DNA of 64,000 nucleotides from positions 82,398,001 to 82,462,000 of the forward strand of contig NC_043002.1 of assembly GCF_006345805.1 (NCBI RefSeq), in the 5' to 3' direction. A program made the translations under genes and the position numbers. Shown piece by piece: positions 36,457 through 48,068 of the stretch (position 1 is its first letter; the number at the start of each line of letters is the position of its first letter). Source of the stretch: Octopus sinensis (lineage: Eukaryota). The notes under the pieces are model-generated. The model was not told the DNA's origin, searched no databases, and saw nothing but the letters and a program-made list of their open reading frames with translations.

Positions 36457-36579
36457 AAAGTCAACTGTTTTGGAAAGGAATCATTGAGCTCGGTCTTGCT
36501 GATGAAATATTTCGGGAAATCAAGACCACCTTGGACAATCTAAAATATAATCTCATTCGAAACCAATGTCCACTTGAAG
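36457..36579 (+). CDS. GMEB-like SAND gene, coding exon 4
   Basis: ttgtag|AA…GAAG|GTAAGT, phase 1/1, reading ESQLFWKGIIELGLADEIFREIKTTLDNLKYNLIRNQCPLE. Confidence 0.8.
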
Positions 36580-36645
36580 GTAAGTTTAACTTTGTTATAA
36601 ATCAATGTCAGATCAGTCCTGTATGAGAATATCTAGGCTCTAAAC

Positions 36646-36767
36646 CAGTTTTTCTCAACACTTTTACCCTTGCATAACCCTGAAAATAAATTACATCTCA
36701 AGGAACCTCTGCATAAAAAAAATTATATACCATGTCTTTCTCATATTTTTTTCATCGTAGTTCACGT

Positions 36768-36816
<49 letters not shown>

Positions 36817-36859
36817 ATATACTTGTGCGGTACCCCACAACTCCACTTTGTTATATATA

Positions 36860-36899
<40 letters not shown>

Positions 36900-37486
36900 T
36901 ATATATGGTTGTTATATTTTTTTGATAATATAATAGGTTAGATAGGATGATGTCTATATTACAATAACCAATAATATGTTGTACATTTATGGTAATACTA
37001 GCAGCATCGCCCGGCGTTGCTTAGGTTTGTTTCAACCCTTTAGAATTGGAATTTTTGAAAAGTAAAAATTTTGCATTATGTAGCTTGTTATCTCTATAAG
37101 TGAATATTTTTCTGGTTGCAATACACCGGAAAATGGAGACACAGTAGTCAAAAAGATCGTAAAAAATAGGAATTTTCATAGAAAAAAAGCACCTTTTTGA
37201 TGTAAATAATTTTTGGTGTTAACATGGTCTTGTTTGAATTTTTTCTTCTACCGAAGGAAGAGCAAGCCTTCTTCTATCATACTCTCAATTTTGGTCAACT
37301 TGCACCGCAGGGTCTTGGAGGAGATAGTGGTAGTTGAAGGCTACCAAACCTGCCATACACAGACAACTTCAGCTTTATATATAGAGAGATTATGAAATTA
37401 GCACTGGCTTATCTCTTTCTCGTGGAACCCCTAGGAACCTTTTGTGGAACTCTAGGGTTCTGGGGAACCCCAGTTGAGAAACACTG
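36646..37486. mobile_element. hAT-type MITE containing a nested Helitron (36998-37389, minus strand)
   Basis: Termini CAGTTTTTCTCAAC and GTTGAGAAACACTG, TSD CTCTAAAC/CTCTAAGC. The nested element has TC…CTAG ends on the minus strand, a subterminal GC-rich segment and an A|T target. Confidence 0.78.
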
Positions 37487-38935
37487 CTCTAAGCTATTCC
37501 AGCCATGACTGTCCTGTCTTTTATTGAACATTGTGTATTTAGGACTACATTATTCAGTGTGTCTCTCCCTTTTTAATGTGATAGTGTGTAATTTCAATGC
37601 AATAGTTGTAAACGAGTATCACTGTTGTACAAGCAGTGTCCTTTATTTCCAATCTTCCATGAAAATATGTCTGGCGGTGGAAAAATATTGTCTTGCTTAG
37701 AAACAGGTGTGTGTGGGTGACACAAGGGATATTTGGTAATAGAAAAATCTGCTTTGACAAATTCTGCCTTATCCATGCAAAGTATTTTTTGAAAGTCATG
37801 AGCTGCAAACTGTGGTGTTGTAGTCAATTGCCTTGTCAACAAATCATTGCTCACTTTGTGCTTTCAGTGACATCATCATCATCATCATTTAATATCTGTT
37901 TTCCATGCTAGCATGGGTTGGACGGTTCGACCGGGATCTGGGAAGCCAGGAGGCTGCACCAGGCTCCAGTCTCATCTGGCAGTCTTTCTACAGCTAGATG
38001 CCCTTCCTAACGCCAGCTACTCCGTGAGTGTAATGGGTGCTTTTTTCGTGACACCGGCACCGGAGGGAGGGGGCAGAGGAGGCTGGCAATGGCCACAATC
38101 AGTTGGTGCTTTTTATGTGCCACTGGCATGGAAGCCAGTCAAGGCGGCGCTGGCATTGGCCACATTCAGATGGTGCTTTTTACGTGCCACTGGCACAAGG
38201 ATCACAACTACAATTTCCATTGATTTTTGATGTTGATATACTTGACTCAATAGGTTTCTTCAAGCACAGGGTCGAAACGGTGTTTCTTTACTTGCCACCT
38301 GCACAGGAGTCAGTCCAGCGGCACTGGCAACGGCAGGGTGCCAGTCGTAGGACTTGGATGGGAAATAAAAGAATGCTTACTTGAAAACTAGGTAAGGCTT
38401 GATGACAGGAAGGCCGTCTGGTTGCAGAGCACTGCCTCAGTAATGTAAGATGTCAAGCCTGGAAAAAGAAGAGACAAAAAAAGACATAAAACAAATTGAG
38501 AAAGAATTTCTTTTCTGATATCAAAACCTTCAAGTCTGCTTTATTACTGAAAATTGATTTAAAGAATAATAATAAAATTGTAATATTCCATATCATGGCA
38601 AGACCGTTAGTATGCTGGGAAAAATGCTTAACTGCATTTCATGTTTGTAGAATCTGAGTTCAAATGCTACCAGGGTTGATGTAATCCACTTTCCACTGCT
38701 CTGAAATTGCTGGCCTTGTGTCAGAATACTTCACAGTATTTCGTCCATCTTGATGTTCTGAGTTCAAATTCGGCTAAAGCTGACTTTGCCTTTCATCCTT
38801 TTGCAGTCGATAAAGTAAGTACCAGTTGTGTACTGGGGTCGATGTAATCGACTTATCCCCCCCTCCCTAAAATTGCAGGCCTTGTGCCAGAATTTAAAAC
38901 CAGTGTTATTCCATATGCTTAATTGTGAATTGCAG

Positions 38936-39049
38936 AGGTACGGAAGGTTTCAAGAGTTGTCAGTGAACTGGGTTTGACATCGAAACTGAAATACAGGTTA
39001 GCAGCTCACAAAACTGACATGGAACGATAGAAAGATAAAGAACTGGAAG
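38936..39049 (+). CDS. GMEB-like SAND gene, putative coding exon 5 with an in-frame TAG at 39028-39030
   Basis: ttgcag|AG…GAAG|GTAAAG, phase 1/1, reading EVRKVSRVVSELGLTSKLKYRLAAHKTDMER*KDKELE. The acceptor polypyrimidine tract is weak. Confidence 0.6.
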
Positions 39050-39963
39050 GTAAAGTGATTCTTTTGTTTTATTTTCTTTGTTGGTATTGGTTTGAAATTT
39101 GTAAGTTTAGGTTTTTCGTTGGGGGATGGTTTTCATTCGAGCTGTTATTGTGGTAATTAAAAAGAAAAATGTGTTTGTCTTTAAATAAAACCTCTTAACA
39201 ACCACTTTGAGCGTCTTTTTGAGCTCCATGTGTGTAACACATGTAGGCATGTCTACAAAGTCAGTAAACAGCTCAGCTCCCATGACTTTCAGAAACATTT
39301 TGTCACTCAGAGTTGCTGAAGAACGAAACAAACTACCTGCTTCAGTTGCTAGTTGCTGAGACATTGCATCCTTTAAAACCCTCCATGCTTCCTGAAATTC
39401 GCCAACACTACACCTGATATCCCCCCACCTCCATACACATGCACACATGTATATCATGACTCCTCATACACTGGCCACTTTCCTGACTTTTCTACATAAT
39501 TCTATGTACTCTGTAATTCTATGCACCTTTGATGAATTGTAGTGCACCTGAGCACTATACACAATAATTTCATTATTATTATTATAGTTAGGTGTGTAAT
39601 GTTCAGGTAATTGTGTTTCATTTGGAATTGTCTTATTAATTCTCTGCATAGGTTGCAGTGGCTGCTACTATTGAAAAGGGATTGAGATTAATATAGTGGC
39701 TGCTACTGCTAAAATAGAATTTGTACTATTCGTCCAAAGTACTGCATGAAAGAAAGACTAGTGATTCAATCTCAGCCTGATCAGAAGTACATTATATATA
39801 TATATATATATGTGTGAGAGCCTCAGTTCAAATCGCATGTGCCTCGAATGGGCTGGAGTATTTCTATTTTGGATGTATTTGGGGTACTTAGTTGTGCCCG
39901 TGACTTAGTGTTTGCTTCTTCCATGGGTATGAGTAAGTATCTCATTTATTTCTTTTGCCACAT

Positions 39964-40018
39964 GTATCACTGACGAAGAGAGGGCTCTTAGTAGCTAACT
40001 CTGAAATTGGTCCGATAT
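39964..40018 (+). ncRNA. Decayed minimal hammerhead ribozyme motif
   Basis: GTATCA-[CTGACGA]-AGAG…CTCT-[GAAA]-TTGGTC-CGATAT. The core is canonical; helices I and III carry transition mismatches. Confidence 0.55.
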
Positions 40019-41794
40019 GGTAATAATGGAATTTTTTAGAAATTTCTGTCGACCTTTTTTCAAGTAGCGTGCGTATTGTGAAAAAATTATATGGTTAATG
40101 GACAATATGTCCAATTTTTCGGCATATTTGGCATTAGAATTTTTTTCCTTTGCCCTCATTTATGAATTGTTTATAAATTTAACCGTTAAAGGTATTTTTT
40201 AATATGCTGGCCATTGATAAAATTTTTTTCGAGAAAATATTTTTTTTCGAAAAGAATTTTATCTTCACATTTGATATATATATATATATACTGTTGTGTC
40301 TGGGGAGAGTATTTTCTTTTTGTGCCTTATAATCTAACACACTCACCGGTAAAATTTCCACTTTTTTCTTATTTTTATTTTTCCTGAAATTTTCGTTGCG
40401 TCTTGCAACCTTTTCAATAGTTTTGACTCTCAAAAATCCAAAAACGAAATATATGTGTATATATAAAAACGTCAGTGATCCTGAGTTCTAAATATTTGTT
40501 TGGATGTAATTTCATGCTTTCAGATAAAAACTTTCCTATTTGTGTTATATCAAACAATCATTTTCCAAGCTACCATGGCTGAAACGATGGCTTTTGTTCA
40601 CACAAGTTGTTCTACAGCAGGATATTTTTGTGATTGTTTGCCACTTGGAAGTAAAATCGTTTTCTCAGTCAGCAAAACTGTAAAAAGCTGAGTTACCTAC
40701 CTTGTTCTGTGTGTGGGGGGGTGCAGGGGATGTCGATAACACGATGGTTATGGCAAACCTTGAACTTATAAGGCTTGTGGCTGTTGTTCAAAAATCTTGT
40801 AGCCATTGAGAGACATTTTGTTTTTGTTATTAAAAGGAAAATAATTAATTAACTGAGGCTTTGTCTACAGGAAAAACAAAGATTAAAATCCAAAATTTAT
40901 CAGATACCAGTAAACTCTGACATCAAATATGTCGAGCCAGGTTAATTCAACATTCAAACCTCAGAAGAGAAGAGGTTGGTTAAAAAGCCATCCTTTCTAT
41001 CTTCGGTTTGGTTTTCATGCCTATCCTCACCTCTGGTCGTAAATGTTAGGTAATGACTGAAAGAGTCATCATCATCGTTTAACGTCCGCTTTCCATGCTA
41101 GCATGGGTTAGAAACCAGTGAGATCTGGCCCCTCACATCTATCCAACAATGACATTCTAAAATTAAACAGTCTCATCGTTGACATCTGAAGGCCACAAGA
41201 TAATACAGGATTAATTCAAAGCCATGCAAATAAATAAGAGTAATCTGAATGCTAAAGAGTTAACTTGCAGCTTGGAATTATATATTTCCATACACAAAGT
41301 CTGTTGAGATAATTTTTTCTGAGACAAAATCCCACAGTGAATACCTTTCATGTGTGCAGGAGTGTGTTGAAAAATGTGTACAGCATCATCGTTTAACACC
41401 CCTTTTTCCACGCTAGCATGGGTTGGACAGTTTGACAGGAACCGATGCGCCAGAGGCCTGCACTGAACTCCGATGTTTATTTTTTGTTTGGCATGGTTTC
41501 TACATTGGATGCCCTCTTTCATGCCAGCTACTTCACAGAGTGTACTTGGTGCTTTTATCCACGGCACCAGCATTAGTGAAGTCCCCAGGTATCTGTAGGA
41601 CAAGACCCCCCCTCAACATGTTTGTAGAAATTAAATACATACCCTTGAGTATAAAAAGGATCCATTTGTGTTGGAGATGTGTGTATTTTGGAGACCTGCT
41701 GGAAACTTTGGTTAATATTAGAGACATTTAGTGGGCTTGTGTTCGATAATGGCGATGATCCACCTGGAAATATAAAAGTAAAACAATCATTTTA

Positions 41795-42155
41795 TCTCTA
41801 TATATATAAACGGCAAAATGTCTGCGTGTTCTTCATACAAATCCACAATTTTTCAGTTAGAGGGCTCGCACTTTCTATGGTCACTCAAAACCATCCAAGG
41901 GTGGTTGTGCACATCTTTACATTTCCCCAGTCACCCCGCAAAGCCATTAAAAAAATCAATAGAAGTGACTTTTTTGTGAATTTTCTATCCAAAACCCAAT
42001 CAAAATGCCCGAAACTTGATACGCCAATTGAATGACAGCTAGTTGTATGTGATTGGTCGGAGATTTGGACAGTACTCGTATGTATGTGCGCACGCATGCA
42101 GCTGTATATGCATGCATTAGCACTATGACCTGGCGTTGCTGGGTCATAATGCTCG
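41795..42155 (+). mobile_element. Non-autonomous Helitron-like element
   Basis: Starts a|TCTCTATATATATAAA and ends with the hairpin atgacctggcgttgctgggtcat and a degenerate CTCG|T. Confidence 0.5.
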
Positions 42156-43676
42156 TGTCTTATAATCAGGGCCAGATTATAAGGCCCATAAAGGCCCCAA
42201 GCACTTAAAAAATTTTGCTGCCCCTACATATAAATGTAATTCAAAATTTGAAAAGTTTTCTATTCTTTTTTAATTGCAAAGTCTTTGATCAGATCCTCAA
42301 AATTACTCTTGCGTAACACATCTGCTTCTATACTTAATAGAGATAAGACATCAAGAATATTATTTTAGCAACTTGAAAGTGGTTTCTTTTGTGCCGTAAA
42401 CCCCTTACCATTTCTGTGGTGTCCTCTTCCCTTGATGCTTTAAGCACATGCTTATAATGCTTAGTGGTTAAGCCAGCGCTGTTTATAATGATCATATTTT
42501 TGGGGTTATGCAATTCCATGCAGCCTTCACACGAAACCAGGTTCAGCTGCTTTAATTTCTATTAACGACTGTTTGGTTTTATTATTTGCTGAGAAATTAT
42601 TCATTGCCTTCATAAACAGAATAAGATTTAATAATGTGGTGTGATACACTGGAACCTTTAAAAGGCTGAGCATCCTTTCTACTATAGGCACAAGGCCTGA
42701 CATTTTGGGGGAGGGGACAAGCCAATTACATTGTCCCCAGTATACAACTGGTATTTATTTCACCAACCTTGGTGGAATCTGAACACAAGATGGATGAAAT
42801 GCAGTAAAGCATTCTGTCCAGCATGCTCATGGTTTTGTCAGCTCACCACTTTATAATTAGGCATTAGTATTGACTACACACACACACACACAATAGGTGC
42901 AGGCATTGGCTGTGTGGGTGAAAAGTTTGTTCTGCAACCAAATGGTTTTAAGTTCAGTCCCATTGCATGACAATACAAGGAAGTGTTTTTTTTTTCAGTT
43001 AAGCACCATCCATACATGGCACCAGCCGATCATGGCTGTTGCCAGCCTCCCTTAGTATCTGCGCCGGTGGCATGTAAAAAGCACCCACTACACTCACGGA
43101 GTGGTTGGCGTTAGGAAGGACATCCAGCTGTAGAAACTCTGCCAGATCAGACTGGAGCCTGGTGCAGCCTCCTGGCTTCCCAGACCCTGGTTGAACCGTC
43201 CAACCCATGCTAGCCTGGAAAACGGACGTTAAACAATGATGATGAACCCAGACCAACCAACCCCATCCATGAATGAATTGTGAATAATTAAATTTGCTCT
43301 TACCAATTTGCATCATTTCAGGTTCAAAGATGGGCCACGATACAGCTGGGGACGTGTGTTGTCGAGTGAAGGAGGAGTAAGGAGTCTACAAAAATGTGAA
43401 ACAGGAAATGTGAAATTGTGAAAGTAATGTCAACAGGAGAAATAATAAGTGAGATTAGAAATTAGCCGTTTGATTCTTTTGATAGCAACCTGCCCAAGAC
43501 TGCCTCTGATTCTACGATACAAGCTTCCTATTTTAAAGTGATTTAAATTAAATCCTTTAATCAAAATTTCACGTTAATTTATATTTTAAACATCAGCTTA
43601 ATAATGACAAAAATATTTTACTTAATTCTTTTTGAAGAGTGTGTGTGTGTTACATAAAGTGAAATAACAAAGCCAA

Positions 43677-45262
43677 GGCAGTGTGAAATTTCTAGGACAA
43701 TCAGTGATTGTCTAGGACAAACAGTGATTTCTAGGACAATCACTGTTTACAAGACAGTGATTGTTGGTACCAAGTTCTATTGAAGTCCAGGCCCCTAAAG
43801 ACAGTTAGTTCTTGTAAACAACTGTCCTTAGACAAAAGACTGACCTTTCATTGGACTAGTGTTTACTCATCCCATCTTCTGGTGTGGAGGATTTCCTGCT
43901 CCTTGGTACCAACAAGTTCTTATTCATTTCAGTCGTGGATACACAAGCGTTAAGTTGTATGATACAGAATGGCACTTTGCAATTCATGTGAATTAACATT
44001 ACAGGATGGGATTCACCAATTTAATAATGACAGTGAGGCATTAGATTTCTTCCGAAAACATATCATTCCCAGCACAGTAGACTGCCCTAGATGTCATTTA
44101 CCATGTACACTCCGCGAAAATACAAGCATCTTCCGATGTCGAAGGACTGTTTGCCATCGAAGACAAAGGCCCATGCAATGTGGATATTCTATATCCCTAT
44201 ACAGCAACACTTTTTTGGAGCGGAGTCAGATACCACCCTGTAAAGTCCAGTTATTTGTAAATTACTTCCTTACAGACTGTTGGTCGCATGTATTAGTCAT
44301 GGAGAATTTAAACATTTCATATCCGACCTCGATTGATTGGCGATCCTTCTGTTTGGAGGTTTGTCAGCATTGGGTTGAAAATTACCAGGAGTTGAAGTAG
44401 AGAATGATGAGACGGTTATTGTAAGAAGAAAGTATAATCATGGAAGACTCACAAAAACTATCTGGCTTTTCGGTGGGATAGAGTGAGTAGCCAAAAAGAA
44501 AGTTTTGATACCTCTTTCATCTGAGTGTGGTGAAGAGGAAAGGCGAGATGCCACCACACTGATCCCCTTAATTACCCGATATATACGCCAAGGGTCCATA
44601 GTATATAGCGATTCTTGGGCTGCATATAACTCTCTTGGAAATCTCGGCTATACCCACTTCCGCATCAACCACAGTGAAAATTTTGTTGATCCTACAAATG
44701 CATCGGTGCACACACAGACGATAGAGAGATTGTGCGGCTCAGTTAAGAGATCAGTTGTTCACCCAGGCATACGTGCATGTTACTTAAAGCAATACCTCTC
44801 CAAGTTCCTATTTATGGAAAGTGCCAAGAGAATACACGTATTCTTATTGGCAGCAGCAAGTCTTTATCCTGGCCCGAGATAATTTTTTCCTCCAAACGCA
44901 ACCCATCTCATTTCTTTATCATCACTGTCGATGGACCAATCAAAGAGGTATGTATACATTATCATTTTCGTAACATAATTTCTGTAGTATTTCAAGATGT
45001 TTCTGACACGTATTTTGATTCACATGGCGGAGATCCAACATTTCTTCACTTTTTTCCAGAATTTCTTCTCTTTTTTTTTTTTTTTGCGAAATATATACAT
45101 AAATACGGAGTTTATGATTCATGTGTGAGTGTGTGTTCTTGACCCCCACCCCCCTTTCGCGTGCGCGCATTTTTTTTTCATATTCGTTTAGAGGAAGTTG
45201 TTTTACACATATTACACACATTTTTTTGTTTCTTTGAGTGGGTTTAATGCTTTAGTTTAACC
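43677..45262 (+). mobile_element. Merlin/IS1595-like DNA transposon with a disrupted transposase; the right terminus matches the 23-kb foldback element
   Basis: ORFs 43969-44400 (CPRC…FRCRRTVC…SNTFLERS…TSIDWRSFCLEVC) and 44505-44882 (RRDATTLIPLI…IVYSDSWAAY…INHSENFVDP…HTQTIERL), with RRKYNHGR…WLFGGIE between them. Subterminal repeats of about 20 bp (ctaggacaatcagtgatt) at 43691-43760. Right end GTGGGTTTAATGCTTTAGTTTAACC. No matching left TIR nearby. Confidence 0.88.
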
Positions 45263-45421
45263 GTAATCTTTTGATAATTAAAACAATAATCATTTGTGCT
45301 TTTGACCTGAAAATTGGCGGGAGGGCATAAGTGAATTACATAGACCCTAGTACTTGATTGCTTGTAATTTTTTCTACCTGGAAATGATGAACTTTGAGAG
45401 TAATGATGCGATCTTTTTACT

Positions 45422-46132
45422 TTGACCGGCAGATTTTTAAAATAATTTCTATGTAACTATAAAATTTTAAACTACATATACTGGTAGAATGTGTTTAAAA
45501 AGCATCTTTTTCTCTTGGCTTTCTTGAGAAAATTCTGTAGTTTGTAACATATTTGTTGTTTAATTTCTTGCATTTCGGCAATTTCAAACAATCAATGACG
45601 TCTATTGAGGTGAAAACGATTTTCTGCCGTAACAGTTTCTGGTGGCGTTATATGAAAATGTCCCTGTTACGTATTATATATTCGTTTAAGAAACAGATTG
45701 GGTTTATTTACATTTCTGAAGAAAAAAAGATACACTTCCCCCAACCCTAAAACAGATTGAAATGCAATAGATCGATACTAGGGTCATAATAATGGGTGGA
45801 CACTAAAGAGGAACAGTTTTGTTATCCAGCTCTGTTTACGAGTGACCCCTCAGTTTATTGCCACAGGGTATCTTTTTTCTCATAAAAAACAGGGACATTT
45901 TCATATGACGCCGCCAGTAAATGTTACGGCAGAAATCGTTTTCACCTCAATAGACGTCATTGATTGGTTGAAATTGCCGAAATGCAAGAAATTAAACAAC
46001 AAATATGTTACAAACTACAGAATTTTCTCAAGAAAGCCAAGAGAAAAAGATGCTTTTTAAACACATTCTACCAGTATACGAAGTTTAAAATTTTTTAGTT
46101 ACATAGAAATTATTTTTAAAATCTGCCGGTCA
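45422..46132. repeat. Inverted pair of MITE fragments (21.2/49.7-kb family) forming arms of about 230 bp
   Basis: About 45422-45650 is the near-perfect reverse complement of about 45920-46132. Confidence 0.8.
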
Positions 46133-46825
46133 ATGCAAAAACATTCTAATGATGTGTAGGGCACTGACCATGGTCTCATCGTAGACAACATGAAGACAGG
46201 GACCTTCAGTGCTGGCGAGCTGGTCCAGAAAAGGGAATTCCAGTCGGGCAACATGAAGTCTTAAATCAAATATTTTTCTGAACGGTAGAGGTGAAGTGCG
46301 TAGTAAACTTCTGTGGGTATACCAATATTTCAACGCCTCAATGAACTCCCTTGTAAACATTGACATTAAATGGCTGACAGTGTTTATGTTGTAATATTTA
46401 CAATGTTGAATTATTATGTCACTTAACTATACTCTTTATCTTACTGCTTCTTTTTCTATTTCAGAATATCACATCATGTTATCATGAAAGAAATTACTTC
46501 ATTCAGATGTGCCTTTGATGTTTTTATCAACTTTCATCAACTAAAGGAAGACGATATATTTATAAGGAGCATTCATCCATACATCAACGTTTCTATATAA
46601 ATATAATATATGACGAACAACAGCAAAATATTTTTCTTGTCTTCACTGTCTGGAATGTTTGGATAACTTTACAAACGAGTTGACAGTTTTCACCTGTTGA
46701 TTTAGATATTAAGTAAGATCACAGATGAAAGAAAGATTAACATTAAATTATTATCTGAAAAAAGTGATGCAAATGAACACAAACATATTCATAGAAAGGA
46801 AAAAAACAATATCTTTGTGATATAT

Positions 46826-47904
46826 ATGACAAATTATCCTGTCATAATGAATAATTTAACTGAACCTAAAAACCCTGATACAGGAGAGAAACCATATTTC
46901 TGTGATGTCTGTGGAAAATCATTCTCTCAAAAAGTCACTTGACCCTTCACAAACATATTCAAACGGGAGAGAAACCATATCAGTGTGATATCTGTGGTAA
47001 ATCATTTTCTGATAATAGCAATTTAACTCGACATAAATGTATTCATACAGGAGAGAAGCCATGTCATTGTAATATCTGTGGTAAATCATTCTCTCGAAGA
47101 AGTCACTTGACCATTCACAAACGTACACATACAGGAGAGAAACCATATCATTGTGATATCTGTGGTGAATCATTCTCTCGAAGAAGTCACTTGACTATCC
47201 ATAAACGTATTCATACAGAAGAGAAACCTCATCATTGTGATATCTGTGGTGAATCATTCTCTCAAAAAAGTCACTTCTCTATTCACAAATGTATTCATAC
47301 AGGAGAGAAGCCATATCGTTGTAATATTTGTGGTGAATCATTTTCTGATAATAGCACTTTAACTCGACATAAACATACACATACAGGAGAGAAGCCATAT
47401 CATTGTAATATCTGTGGTAAATCATTCATTGAAAGTGGTAACTTGAATAAACACAAGCGCATTCATACAGGGGAGAAGCCACATCATTGTAATATCTGTG
47501 GTAAACCATTCACTGCAAAAAGTGACTTGACTAGACACAAGTGCATTCATATAAGAGAGAAGCCATATCATTGTGATATCTGTGGTAAATCCTTCTCTCG
47601 TAGTGACCACTTGTCTAAACATAAACGTATTCATACTGGGGAAAAGCCATATCATTGTGATATCTGTGGCAAATCATTTGCTGAAAATAGCCATTTAATT
47701 ATTCACAAACTTATTCATACAGGAGAGAAGCCATATCATTGTGATATCTGTGGTAAATCATTCACTGCAAACAGTGACTTGACTAAGCACAAGCGTGTTC
47801 ATACGAGAGAGAAACCGTATCATTGCAATACTTGTGGTAAATCATTCTCTGAAAGAGGTGTCCTAACTAATCACCAGTGCAGGATAGAAACCATATCATT
47901 GTGA
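46826..47904 (+). pseudogene. C2H2 zinc-finger gene ZNF2: frameshift in the first finger, 10 intact fingers after it, degenerate end
   Basis: ATG at 46826 (MTNYPVIMNNL, paralogous to ZNF3 [11 protein letters not shown]). CAAAAAGT has 5 A where the finger register needs 6 (compare CAAAAAAGT near 47263). ORF 46939-47904 has 10 complete fingers. Acceptor tttcag|aatatc at 46464/46465. Confidence 0.85.
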
Positions 47905-47963
47905 TATCTGTGGTAAATCATTCTCTGAAAGAGGTGTCCTAACTAAACACCAGTGCAGGGTAG

Positions 47964-48068
<105 letters not shown>

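Noticed and set aside
40871-41050. Possible next SAND exon after ctacag|
   Set aside because: The required phase gives GKTKIKIQNLSDTSKL* with no recognisable similarity. There is not enough support to call it an exon.
43969-44882. IS1595-like transposase as a sign of bacterial contamination or recent horizontal transfer
   Set aside because: Merlin is the established eukaryotic branch of this family. The copy is decayed and embedded among host SINEs, introns and microsatellites.
46919-47655. Antisense ORFs over the ZNF genes and the LINE (for example 46919-47173, 47422-47655, 58559-58978)
   Set aside because: Shadow ORFs caused by the codon periodicity of the real sense-strand genes.
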